From contig CM059431.1 of assembly GCA_030390025.1 (NCBI GenBank), positions 106,270,001-106,334,000 of the forward strand: a stretch of DNA of 64,000 nucleotides, in the 5' to 3' direction. This document shows positions 1-12,408 of this stretch, piece after piece. The stretch comes from Squalus acanthias (Eukaryota). How positions within the stretch are numbered: the first letter of the stretch is position 1; every line of letters starts with the position of its first letter. A program made the position numbers and the translations under genes. The notes below the pieces were generated by a model. That model searched no databases. It was given only the letters and a program-made list of their open reading frames with translations, and was not told the origin of the DNA.

Positions 1-209
1 TTAAAATGCTCCATGATTACAACTGAGGCTCCAGCAGCAATCGTTTTTATGACCTCCCACAGCAGTGCATTCCCCTCAGCTTTCTGGGACAGCAACACAT
101 AGATCATGACTGTTGAGAGCAAATAAAATGTGAAACCCCACACGGAAGTCTTGGGCTGATTGGAGGAGGAAAGCCACCACCATGATAGTCTTGTGGGAGA
201 CCTGAAAGG

Positions 210-1694
210 TGTAAGATTCTCAAAATTCACAGATCCCCCAAAACTCGAAGACAAACCCTAAGGAAAAAGACTTTGGACTCTTTTCTAACTATTTCAGGGT
301 GGTGAAATGCATTGGGCCTAACCGAAGGACATTTTAGAGTAAAAACCAAGATTTGGTATTTTAAAAGACATGTCTGGACTTGTAAGGGAGAAAAGGATGT
401 GAAGGAAGGTGGGTTAAACCTCTGCAAAAACAGTTTGGGTATTGGAGCTAATGGAAACTGTCTGGGGAACCGCATGACCTCGCTGGGAGTTTAAATCGGC
501 CCCTATCAGACATTAACATCCTAACAATAAACCCGAGGAAAAACAGTCTCCACCCCAATTTACAGAGCCCATTAAAATATGCATAAAACAGATCACTTCG
601 GCTTACTCTATAGAAATCCTAGGCCCAGTCAAAAAAAAAAACATGAGGACAATCAAACTACGATTAAGTGGCAAATCGACAGGATGGGGCCATCCCGGAA
701 CCACTTCACACCTTAACAAACAAGTTACCATGAACGAGCCCGCCAAAATCTAACAAAGACCGGGGCCTGATTTGGCGCGCAGATAAGGGAGCTTCAATGG
801 GTATAATTGAGGGCCCGTTCTCAACCTGAAAAAGAAGAGGAAGGAAGAAGAAGAAGACATCCACGGAGGCATTCTCTGCAACACAGTTCTAAAACCAACA
901 CCGTTCTGCGTTCCGTGTCCAGCCAGGAGGTCGACAGCTCGAAGGCCAGACCATCCAACAAAGTAGGCCGACACGTGAAGAAACCAGAACGACCACCTCA
1001 GTGACCACCGGACACCTCGCGGCAACAAGGGCCTCACGAAACAACCAACCAAACACCAAGTATCAATATTTGGGCCACCGCAACCAAAGAAAACCAACTC
1101 GAAGAAAACCCGAAGACCCACAAAGTTTCCACTCTACAATCTACTCCTGACTTACCCCTGGGTAAGATTTTCCCTTAAAAAACTCTAAACCCTACTTCTA
1201 AGCCAAAGAAAAGTGGGTACTCACCTGATAAATCCAATACGCACCCTACCGCATCAGTGGACTCGCGAAGACTGACCAGATACGCAGTTGAAGTCCTCTA
1301 CCGCGTACGGGGTACGGCAGACACCAACTGACATATAGAGTGAACCCCAAAACCGCGAACTAACCTAACTGTCAAGGATTCTGGTGAGTATCATCCCTGG
1401 TCCTCTGGAGTCTAACCTAGCTAGTAAAGTGAGATTGGGAGGGGTGAAGTATTCTCCTAATGTTATTTCCCTCACTTGTACCGAAGTGTTCCCCACTTTT
1501 AGAGTGTTAAGAGTGTTTGTGTTGTGTTTTTACTTTCTTAAATAAAGATCAAAGTTCTTGCATCAAAACCAGTTGTCTGCTGCACTTTTTGTCACAACCC
1601 CCAAATAGTCCAAGGTCTAGAACCAAGGGAGTGGGAGCGATTTGAACCGCTCAGAAGTCAGAGGTGAAGCTGACACAAACCACCACCCCCTACA
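210..1694 (+). mobile_element. Solo LTR (Gypsy-like or ERV-like), 1485 bp
   Basis: Starts TGTAAG and ends CCTACA; flanked by 4-bp direct repeat AAGG (206-209, 1695-1698); TATA-like TATAAT near 803 and AATAAA at 1541; no internal gag/pol frame. Confidence 0.75.
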
Positions 1695-2751
1695 AAGGTC
1701 AGGCAGGGGGCAGTGCAGGAGCGTGAGGGTTCCTGGGATTATGCACGCACCAAGGCCCCGCTAAAAAATAGCAGGGATCCAGGGCTCGGTTGAACAATCC
1801 AATCTCCAGGAATGGAGCAGAAGAAAGTGCAAGATCCCTGAGAAAGGGGAGGCCTTTGCGACCAAAAGTAGTTGGAGGTAGTGGAAGACTTTATTGGTAA
1901 CTTTTGTGATTTTCTTTTTTCCACATTGGTGTCACATTTTATGTCCAGTACATGTCCATCACACACCAAACATCCCACTTTGTTGTAGATGACTAACAAT
2001 CTTAAAAGAAAGAGAAATAAACCCAATTATTGACCCGGAGCAAAATGCCTGAAGTTAACAAGCGCATTCAAATATACAATTCAACTCTAAATGACCACAT
2101 CCTGTATTCAATTAACAGCAATTAGACATCATGGCCTTAAAGGGACAGAGTTCCACTTGAACAGAAGAATAAAATATTGTTCATGTTCTTTTATAATAAC
2201 ACATTTTCTAACCGATCTACTGTGAAAAATACTGATAGGTCGGTAATAAATTTAAAATTCAAAGACAAAAGGTAATATGGGTGTGCGACCAAGATGGCGA
2301 CTGAAAGAAGTTTGTAAGAAAATTTTAAGGGCTGTGATTGGTTCTATTTATGTAATGGTCAATTTTGAGAGATTCTGAACTGAAATTTTCTTTTCACATT
2401 CACTAGTAAACAACCAACCAGCATGGTTAATGTCAAACTTTTGCTAATCAGCATGTTTTGTGTCTTACTGTTGCATAAAGGAGCTGATAATGTTATGGCC
2501 ACAGCCCAATCTGCATAGCTCCAATGGAGCCAACACCCCAGGGTTTATTTATATTAGGGGGGGGAGTCCCCATAATATGATTGACGTGCCTGATTGTTGC
2601 TCCAGTCACTAAGTGCCCATTTGAAATGGGCACCTCAGGAGAGGCCGGGCGGGGGGGGCGGGACGTTGGGGAGGGAAGGGTGGATGAGGCCTTCTCCCCA
2701 ATGTAGGGCCCAGTTGCTGCAAGCACAGAAATGATGGCGGCAACACTGTGG

Positions 2752-3162
2752 ACCTTAAACATTCACTCCCTCCACCACCGGCGCACCGTGGCTGCAGTGT
2801 GTACCCTCTACAAGATGCACTGCAGCAAATCACCAAGGCTCCTTCGGCAGCACCTCCCAAACCCGCCACCTCTACCACCTAGAAGGACAAGGGCAGCAGG
2901 CGCATGGGAACACCACCATCTCCAAGTTCCCCTCCAAGTCACACACCATCCTGACTTGGAAATATATCGCCGTTCTTTCATTGTCGCCGGGTCAAAATCC
3001 TGGAACTCCCTCCCTAACAGCACTGTGGGAGCACCTTCACCACACGGACTGCAGCGGTTCAAGAAGGCGGCTCACCACCACCTTCTCAAGGGCAACTAGT
3101 GATGGGCAATAAATGCTGGCCTTGCCAGCGACGCCCACATCCCGTGATTGAATTAAAAATAA
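2752..3162 (+). mobile_element. CR1-group LINE 3' fragment (non-amniote type, clade uncertain)
   Basis: ORF 2731-3099 LNIHSLHHRRTVAAVCTLYKM...WNSLP; 3' UTR and A-rich tail; close copies at 7112, 41398 and 43244. Confidence 0.75.
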
Positions 3163-3562
3163 AAGGTGCTACGCACTAGGAGTGGTTCTAAAATATTTAA
3201 CAAGCTGCCCATCGCGTTATCATGCCATGTCAGCTCAATTTGGGACAGATGTGCCCAGTGTTGGGTTGATTACTGTCTTCGCACCACTGTGCCAAGTATT
3301 TTTGGCCTCATTATGTCAAACACATTCCCATACACTACAGATATGCTGTCCCACGGATGTATTTCCCTACAGACATGGATCAAACGCTAAACCTTTCATT
3401 ATATATAAATAGATGTACAGGTGGAGTTTCATATTCATCATGGTAGCTGGAGATAGACAATAAGACCTTGGGACTGAACAATGTGAATTGCACGGAAGTT
3501 TTATTGGGTTGGGTATTATTGCACTCCACCTTACAGAGGTAATAGCTGCCCTAGTAAACATT

Positions 3563-3930
3563 AGAGAAAGGATGTCAAGGCCTTGGAGAGGGTGAATAAG
3601 GAGAAACTGTTTCCATTCGCAGGAGGGTCAGCAACCAGAAGACACAGATTTAAGACAATTGGCAAAAGAACTGGGAATGGCGATTGGTGGGTGGGGGTGG
3701 GTGGGGTATGGAGGAGAATTTTTCTTTTCACAAGAGTTATCATAATCTGCAATTCACTGCAAGGCCTGAAAGGGCGGTGGAAGCAGATTCAGTCACAACT
3801 TTCAAAAGGGATTTGGATATATACTCGAAAAGGAAAAAAATAGGAGGGAAAAGAGCCGGGGTGTGGGACTCTTTCAAAGAGCCGGCACAGGCACGATGGG
3901 CTGAATGGCCTCCTTCTGATGATTCTATGG
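3563..3930 (+). mobile_element. CR1 LINE 3' fragment, degraded
   Basis: EKLFPFAGGSATRRHRFK peptide and CR1-type 3' UTR ending GATTCTATG. Confidence 0.8.
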
Positions 3931-5227
3931 CTATTAGTGAAAGATGGATATACAGGAGTGATTACAAGGCAGAAATCTGAGCAAGTGTCAGGTAATGTCA
4001 GATGTTTGAAATGTGGGTAATTTATAATTGTCATGCAAACCCTAAAACGAGAATTGCCTTGCTATTATTCCCACATTGTCCTTAATATACGCTGTGGAGT
4101 TGGGGGGGGGGGCGCTAGATTGTAGATTGAGATTTGTGTTTGCTGACCGATGTCGGGGATGATGTTACCGGCCAGTGTGCTTTGCGCAGTTGATGTGTTA
4201 TTCTGCCTGTGGTAATGAATTAAAAACTGTGACGAGCAAAGCTAAGCTCATTTATTGATACCGATAACACAATCAATGCGTGCTATGAACGCCTGGTCTA
4301 TTTAAAGAGTGAACTAATGTTTGACTGTTGAAAATCTATTCCATTCAGAACATTGGATAGCTCCTCTGTAAGAAAATATTTCCATCTCGGTTTATGATGG
4401 CATCTGAACCTTCCCAGTGCATTACTGCTAAAATCACTGGGAGGTATCTGGTGTTATATAACTGGACAGCGAGTTTCCTGTTTTTTGTGTGGAAGTATTG
4501 TATTGATTGACAGCAATTGATAGTTTTTGTTATGCTCTTGGGTATGTAAGATTTCAGACCCATGAATTCTGTGCCGTATTCCCATATTATTTAGTATCGC
4601 AGATTTCAGAAAACCAATCACCTCGGCTGTTTTTGTAAAATTGATACGAAGCGTGTTGATGAATGGGGAAAGCAGATCTAACCTGGTAAACCGACTGTTA
4701 GAGGATCACTGGTGGCAAGGACTCAATCAAGTTGTGAATATCCAGCACAAGCACCTTCAGGCCCGTTATGTTTTTAAAGACAGTTTTCACTGGCAGGCTT
4801 CTTACGGAATCTTTTCCAGGACTAACAAGTCAGGAGGAAGTAACAACAGGAGAGTACAGAGACTACAAGACGTGATGAAACAAAGAGACTGCCCATCCAA
4901 GACTTGCAATATGATTTGGAAGAACATTGCTGATCAATAATACATTGCTGTAGGGGCTGGAATCAAAGGGAAAACTGTGAAACACAGACACCAATAAATC
5001 TCGTAAACACAGCCTGCCCAAAACTTGCAGTCGTTGAAATTGGCTGTTGAGAGGCCATATATCTCAAAGTTATTCCCTTATTTGAGGGGGGGAAAAAGCC
5101 TTCCCATAGTTGATAATTTATTAAACATCTTTCAGTATTACATTCACAATGTAACATTCTACGATATTTGAGGTCTGCTATCTTGCAACCAAAAAAGACT
5201 GGATTCTTGCAGAATGATACTGGTTAA

Positions 5228-5920
5228 AGGAACATAGGAACAGAAGTACACCATTTAGCCTGCTCTGCCATTCAATGAGATCATGGCTGATCTGTGATCT
5301 AACTCCATATACCCACCTTTGCCCCCTATCCCTATTACTTTTGGTTAATAACAATCTATCAATCTCAGATTTAAAATTAACAGTTGACCTAGCATCAACT
5401 GCCATTTGTGGAAGAGAGCTCCAATCTTCTACCAACCTTTGTGCGTAGAAGTGTTTCCGAACTTCACTCCTGAAAGGCCTGGCTCTAACTTTTAGGCTAT
5501 GTCCCCTAGTCCTAGACTCCCCAACCAGTGGAAATGAAATAGTTTCTCTTTATCAGTTCCCTTTAATATCTTGAAAACTTCGATCAGATCACCCCTTAAC
5601 CTTCTAAATTCCAGGGAATACAACCCTAGTTTGTGTAATCTCTCCTCGTAATTTAACCCTTGGAGTCCGGGTATCATTCTGGTAAACCTACGCAGCACTC
5701 CCTCCAAGGCCAATATATCCTTCCTGAGGTGTGATGCCCTGAACTGCTCCCAGTACTCCAGGTGTGGTCTAACCAGGGCTTTGTATAGCTGCAACATAGC
5801 TTCTACCCCCTTGTATTCTAGTCCTCTAGATATAAAGGCCAGCATCGCATTAGCCTTTTTGATTATTTTCTGCACCTGTCCATGACATTTTAATGATCTA
5901 TGTACCTGGACCCCCAAATC
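5228..5920 (-). mobile_element. CR1 LINE 3' fragment
   Basis: ORF 5492-5917 LYKALVRPHLEY...RRLRGDLIEVFKI; (GGAACATA)n tail on the + strand. Confidence 0.9.
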
Positions 5921-7111
5921 TCTTTAGAGTTACAGTTGCACATGAAGTCATTGTGTGCAAATAATGTAAGAAAAGTTTATCGAACACTTTGTTTTTTTCA
6001 AGAAAGCCCTTCCCCATTAAAGGTAACAGAAGGGCTGCCAGCCATATAACTAACCTTTGAGCAGGGCCTTACCAAATAAAGCAAACATTTTAGTTAATTA
6101 ACACTTGTTGTATTTAGCATAACTAATGTTGTGATTCTTTCATCGAGGAACTGTCAAGTAAAAAATAAACTATAAAATAGGCTAAGGTGGGGGAGAGATA
6201 GCCATGGCAGCTCTTTAAACACTTTGCTTTACATGAGCTCTCTCTTTATTGTGTGATGCTTAATTGTCGACTTTCTCAACTGCATAAGACATTCACTCCT
6301 GATTTTCTATATTAATGGAGGCCTACTTACTTGAATATTTCCATGCATGTCTTGTTTATTGCTGTTTTCCTTGTATGGTGTCATATATTCCATCACCCCC
6401 CCCCTCCTCTTTAATCAATTGGCACCCTCAGGAACATACAATAATGATTTTAATGAGAGTTAATTCAGCGTCAAAGCACTGAGTCCCTGTTCTCTCACCT
6501 GATATCTTAAAATACAATGCCATAATACAGATCACTTAACTTCAGTATGGCAGGCTGACCATGAAATCTGTGAGTCCCTCTTCATTTCACTGGTGAGTGC
6601 TTAATCAAGAGGCATTAATCACAGGTTCTGCAAACAGCTGGATGCACGACATGTATACTAATTTCAGAATGAAATAAAAACTGACCAAAAAGTGTCCGTC
6701 GCAAGCACAACCAAAGGCCAGTCTGTACATTCTTCACGTGCAATGCTCAATTCAGACCATTGCAAGGACCACATGCGACCCTTTCAATCATATTCTAACC
6801 TCCAACGTACAGACGAGCACCACACTTTTGCTCGAGGTGACTGAGTCAGAGATTTGTACGGTCAAAGTGAGCCCAAGGGTCTGGTACATATCTCAAAGCT
6901 AAAACTCAAATGGAGGGAAGATAGAGACTGCATTAAAATGTAAAGCTGAAAAAACTATTTTGCAAAAAGGTGCTGAACACTGAAAACTAATTTGCATCAA
7001 AATGTGAGATATGCAATCTGAATACAATATGCACTGCCAGAAATGAACTGAAAATATTATATTGGAGCGTAACTTTAGTATCGGTTGTGTGCTAACTAAT
7101 ATTTTACACAC

Positions 7112-7692
7112 TTTTTTTAATTCGTTTATGGGATGTGGGCGTTGCTGGCAAGGCCAGCATTTATTGCCCATCCCTAATTGCCTTTGAAAAGGTGGTGGTG
7201 GGCCGCCTTCTTGAACCGCTGCAGTCCATGTGGTGAAGGTGCTCCCACAGTGCTGTTAGGGAGTGAGCTCCAGGATTTTGACCCAGTGATGATGAAGGAT
7301 CGGCGATATACTTCCAAGTCAGGATGGTTTGTGACTTAGAGGGGAACTTGGAAGGTGGTGGTGTTCCCATGTGCCTGCTGCCCCTGTCCTTCTAAGTGGT
7401 AGAGGTTGTGGGTTTGGGAGGTGCTGCCGAAGGAGCCTTGGTGAGTTGCTGCAGTGCATCTTGTAGATGGTACACACTGCAGCCACGGTGTGCCAGTGGT
7501 GGAGGGAGTGAATGTTTAAGGTGGTGGATGGAGTGCTAATCAAGTGGGCTGCTTTGTCCTGGATGTTGTCGAGCTTCTTGAGTGTTGTTGGAGCTGCACT
7601 CATCCAGGCAAGTGGAGAGTATTTCATCACACTCCTGACTTGTGACTTGTAGATGGTGGAAAGGCTTTGGGGAGTCAGGAGGTGAGACACTG
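7112..7692 (-). mobile_element. CR1-group LINE 3' fragment (same family as 2752)
   Basis: ORF 7319-7690 IYKSQVRSVMKYSPLAW...LNIHSLHH. Confidence 0.8.
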
Positions 7693-7808
7693 CTTCTCTT
7701 GTGTTGTAGCGTAACAGAAGTTCACTTGTGTGATCTGTACCAATTATTATCTGATGCCCATTTTATTTGGGACTAATCCCATTTTAGAAAGCTGCCTTTT
7801 AAATAATC

Positions 7809-7901
7809 AAAAGTGAGAAGTCGCACAACACCAGGTTATAGTCCAACAGGTTTATTTGAAATCACAAGCTTTCGGAGCGGCTGCTCCTTCGTCAGGTGAA
7901 G
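7809..7901 (-). mobile_element. Penelope-like mini-insertion (family A), 93 bp
   Basis: Flanked by TSD TAAATAATC (7800-7808, 7902-7910); same sequence as the inserts at 27263 and 59097; carries a hammerhead motif. Confidence 0.75.
7862..7899 (-). ncRNA. Minimal type-I hammerhead ribozyme motif
   Basis: UCAC-CUGACGA-A-GGAGC agcc GCUCC-GAAA-GC-UU-GUGA: core boxes, stem I, stem II and palindromic AGCU in place of stem III. Confidence 0.75.
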
Positions 7902-8391
7902 TAAATAATCCCCAGTAATTTTAAGATTGAATTTAAAAGGAACTCAAAGATATCCTAGATCTACTTACTTCCATTACAGTATGAAATCTTTCCAGACTAA
8001 ATGTTAAAAAGAGGAGTCTTGAGTTCAAGGCTCCTTTTTGAAAACACAAAAATCGATGGTGGGATGTAATCTTAATGTCCTTTATTTCTTTTTGATTTCC
8101 TTCTTTTATTTCTTAAGTTCTCTGCCTGGCGCACGCCTTACTCCATCCAGTTCCCAAGAGTAGGGACAGGTCTCTGCTGATGGCCTTCTCTAAGGGGCTG
8201 CACGTGCCACCAGTCCAAGAGAACATAGTCAACACCCCAACATTCACCCACTGTGTGGGTGTCTGACCACTGTTGCCTTTCCCTAGTGGCATATGTCGGC
8301 CTAGATCTTCCAATCGGCCTTTACAGCAGCAGAAGTCCCTCCAATGTGTCCAGCATTGCTGGCTTGCAAACGACATAAAGTACGTTCTATG

Positions 8392-8800
8392 ACATAGAAT
8401 AATAGAAGCTTGCAGCACAAAAGGAGACCATTTGGACCATTGTGCCTGTGCCGGCTCTTTGAAAGAACTCTCCAATTAGTCCCACTCCCCTGCTCTTTCC
8501 CCATAGCCCTGCAAACATTCCCTTTTCAAGTATTTGAAAGTTATTATTGAATCTGCTTCCACCCTTTCAGGCAGTGCATTCCAGATCATAACAACCTGCT
8601 GCGTAAAATAAATTCTCCTCCTCTCCCCTCTGATTATTTTGCCAATTATCTTAAATCTGTGTCCTTTGGTTACCGACCCTCCTGCCAGTAGAAACAATTT
8701 CTTCTCATCAAAACTCCTCATAAATTTGAACACCTTTATTAAATCTCCCCTTAACCTTCTCTGCTGTAAGGAGCACAATCCCAGCTTCTCTAGTCTCTCC
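8392..8800 (-). mobile_element. CR1 LINE 3' fragment
   Basis: ORF 8476-8802 ERLEKLGL...RRLRGDLIKVFK...WNALPERV. Confidence 0.85.
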
Positions 8801-9102
8801 ACATAACCGACATATTATCATTCGCATAGCGATTGAATACACCTTACCATATTTGGGTGGCTGTATTCTATGCACACCAACCACCCCGCCACCCACCCAC
8901 CGAACTCAGCTTCAGCAGGGAATGCCGGAAATGGCGGAGACAAGTGGAGAGCTGGTGGAGCGGCTCCTGATGAATTGCGTGCTGCATTCCACTGGAATGA
9001 CTCAAAACCCTGGCGTAACTCCAGTGGAAAAGCTAGGCTGTATTGTTCGGATTCCAGAAACTCATCCAATTGGGAAAATCACAAGAATAAACCCAATATC
9101 CT

Positions 9103-9215
9103 ATCTTCCCACATTACAACAGTGACCCCACTTCAAAAGTACTTCATTGGCTGTAAAGCACTTTGAGACGTCCGGTGGTCGTGAAAGGCGCTATAGAAAT
9201 GCAAGTCTTTCTTCT
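9103..9215 (+). mobile_element. Deu-type SINE 3' fragment
   Basis: Matches the 3' end of the full copies (…GAAAGGCGCTATAGAAATGCAAGTCTTTCTT). Confidence 0.75.
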
Positions 9216-9394
9216 TACCGCCTACTGCCCCTTGGATGGAGAGCCAGAGACCAACATCCGCCCTTTCAACACTGACCCTACTTTTGTTTTGTTCTATGTC
9301 CTCCTGTAAACCAGGCCAGCTCGTTTGGGGGCAATTTTAATCTAACCTACCCGTCCTGAACCTGATAGGATCAGGAGCATCGCTGGTTTGTCTT

Positions 9395-9715
9395 CTCTTA
9401 CCCCATCTATCCTAAAGCTACTGACTCTTGCTGAAATACAGTTCCATGGGCGGAATAACTCATCTAAGTGACCATTTTTCAGGTGTTAGCCTGAATATTC
9501 AGTCTTCGCAGGCCCTTCAATACTGTGTGGCGGGGGGGGCGGGAGAGGAAAGAACCTACAGCTGAGCATAATTCACCATGCAGTCGAGTCAACGTACAGC
9601 AATTAAAGCGGGATGCCGGGGAGATTATCTCCTCATTTTCCCAGGATGCTGAGGCACCATTGCTGCCCTAGATGAAATCAGATACCACAGGCCAGAGTTT
9701 AAACCAGAATCCTTC
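9395..9715 (-). mobile_element. Old, diverged tRNA-SINE (resembles UCON3/AmnSINE2-type ancient SINEs; assignment from memory)
   Basis: Reverse complement aligns by eye to 23035-23190 and 24880-25012 (GGAACTGTA..CAGCA..GTCAGT.GC.TT.AGGA). Confidence 0.45.
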
Positions 9716-11276
9716 CAAGGTTCTGAGCCACTGCGGGGGGGGCGGGGGGGGGGGGGGATCTGCTTAGATTGTTTTTGATTTTCATTCGTTCAGGCGAGAT
9801 CATGGGGGCACCACACCAACAAACACAAGTAAAGCTGCCCCACAATGGGCAAGAAGGAGTCCGCTGTGTGTTCGCTTTCAGTAGTGCTGCTGTTATTGTG
9901 GTCAGGAAGTGAAGCCGGAAGTCACTTCTTATGGCTTTTAATTTCAGAAAACTATCTGAAAAATAAAAAGGGAAAATGTAGAAAAGCACGCCCTTTGTAA
10001 ATGTAAATGGGACCCAAATGATGCCAGTGTAAATAGAGCATAAAGTACCCAGTCTGTTCAGCCCAGTGGTTCTTATTTACCTCAGAACTGCTCATCGCAG
10101 AGTTCACTGATTTACATATCAAACAGCAACATATTTCTTCACAGTGCACCCTGCCTAGCCGCAAACAACGGGGCCGTTCTAATTTATGGAATTAATATTC
10201 AGTTCAGTTACTTCGCCAGCCACAAGAAGACAAAGATGAAAGATTAGCAGTGCAGCACCCCAGTTTGCTATGCCAACAGTGGACACGCTAGCCCTTCCGA
10301 CCGGACATCAGCACAGTTCTTGTTTTGAAGGGGCCACACTGGCCTGTCAGTGATGTTGTAATATTATGGTCTGCACTGACTCTGGGGGGGGGAGGGTCAC
10401 ATGAGGTGTAAATTTTGATCTCGCTCTCTCTCTCTCTTAAACCAACTCCTTGCTGGGATCCACGCCTGTTAAATCCTCTCAAGAGGAAAAACAGACTGCT
10501 TACTGTATCTCTCCGAGATTTGCATATAAATGAAACCAGGTCGCCCCACTGATTGTAATATTCTGTAAGTGGCTGACAATTGGAACAGTCCGCACGTCCA
10601 GTTCTGGTATTTCTTCTTAGAAACTGTTTCGTAAGTAATTGCCAAATAGAATTAGCCATCTATTTGCAGGATTATTAGCACTGATCAAAAATGCTACCTA
10701 CAATCTCTATGGATGCACGTCAAGCAATTCATTCGCGTCACGTCATGTAATACAGCAGAGATAGTTACAAATGGCAAAGATACGTCCCATGCCATGAAAG
10801 ATATCACATAGTCGGGGTCACTTTAATTTAAATTTAAAACTATAATAATCATTCAATGAAGCATGACAATATGTACAGAATAATGGATAGTATGCAGGCA
10901 TTTCACGGCAGCAATCTAATCATGGGCTTAGGATGCTATCATAAGCTTTGCGTACATCCTCTGAGCCCAGAGATTAGATTCCAGGCTTCCACTCACTTCT
11001 TGCTCTCATTATTTTTTAAAACATAATAGTCTGCGCAACAAGTTAGCACTCCCCCACACCGAGGCAGGTGAAATCCCTCCTGCTGATAATTTTAACCACA
11101 AAATTCGATGACCGCGCAAAGCAGGATTTTCTGTCCGGCACTTGTGATTTTCACAAGCAATTGTCGACAGGACCAAATTTCAACCCCAAATTTCCCCATT
11201 TCAAACGTGGCTCAGATGAGTTCCCCCCCGCATGGAGGCAAGCATACAGCTACCGTTTGCCTGTTGCAGAGTGAAC

Positions 11277-11743
11277 AGAAAGCCTTGCATTTGTATAGCG
11301 CCTTTCACGACCACCGGACGTCTCAAAGTACTTTTTAGCCAACGAAGTACTTTTGAAGTGGAGTCACTGTTGTAATGTAGGAAATGCGGCAGCCAATTTG
11401 CACACAGCAAGCTCCCACAAACAGCAATGTGATTGATAATGACCAAATAATCTGGTTTAGTGATGTTGATTGAAGGATAAATATTGGCCAGGACACCGGG
11501 GATAACTCCCCTGCTCTTCTTCAAAATAGTGCCACGGGATCTTTTACGTCCACCTGAGAGAGCAGACGGGGCCACGGTTGAACGTCTCATCTGAAAGACA
11601 GCACCTCCGACAGTGCAGCGCTCCCTCAGTACTGCACTGGGAGTGTCAGCCTAGATTTTTATGCTCAAGTCTCAGGAGTAGGACTTGAAACCCAGAACCT
11701 TCTGACTCAAAGGTGAGAGTGTAACCAACTGAGCCACAACTGA
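11277..11743 (-). mobile_element. Deu-domain tRNA SINE (SacSINE1/AmnSINE1-like), near full length
   Basis: tRNA-like head, Deu core GATGAGACGTT.AACCG.GG...AAAGATCCC.TGGCAC, L2-like tail. Confidence 0.85.
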
Positions 11744-12408
11744 GTAGGACTGATAGAGGCCCCTCATTAGTTGGGGGAAGGCTCCTTGGTACAGAGACAA
11801 AATGGAGAGAGAAGAAACACATTTCGAGAAAGGGAATATTGTCCTCTTAAAATAAAAACAACCACAAGGTAGACAACATTGTGTAGGGACGTTTTTATTT
11901 GCCTGAGGCGCTGTTCGTTCAGTCTATTTGAAAATAGTGTAGTATCATTCTCAAACAAGTTTTGTGTTTGTGGTGCTATTGCACATCACGATTAAGCTGA
12001 TTACAAGGAAATAGTTATGGTCGTTGTGTACAGAAACAATACCAGTAGGAAGTTGGTTAAACAAGATATTTATTCCACCAGCAAAGGAGACTACACAGCT
12101 TACAAGTTGAGACAATCTGCAAATTTTTCAAGAAATAATCGATAGTCCATTAGTAATATATAGTGTGATCATCTTATAAATGGTATTGCCCTGTTGTATG
12201 TGATGCAGTTTCCTTGTGTAATGGGCCCTGGCAAAATGGCTGATATTATCTGGGATATAACACTGAAGTCAAAGAATGCAGTGGCAGCAGCTGATTACTT
12301 CAGAGTTGCTTTGGGAGGGTTTTTTCTGCTCCATTGTTCCTGTGAGCTCAGCTGTTCATAACACACTTTACAATTATGATGCGGAGACAGTTTACAATTA
12401 AACAGTGA

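Noticed and set aside
750..1121. Short ORFs inside the LTR
   Set aside because: No recognisable retroviral motifs.
2613..2633. Perfect 10-bp-arm palindrome GTGCCCATTT-G-AAATGGGCAC
   Set aside because: Isolated and probably a relic of a decayed MITE; no other support.
4641..4940. 99-aa ORF with an HWWQGL motif loosely like an integrase zinc-binding region
   Set aside because: No further motifs, non-ATG start and no LTR-internal context.
10140..10180. CACAGTG heptamer as a V(D)J recombination signal
   Set aside because: No nonamer at 12 or 23 nt spacing and no V, D or J segment.
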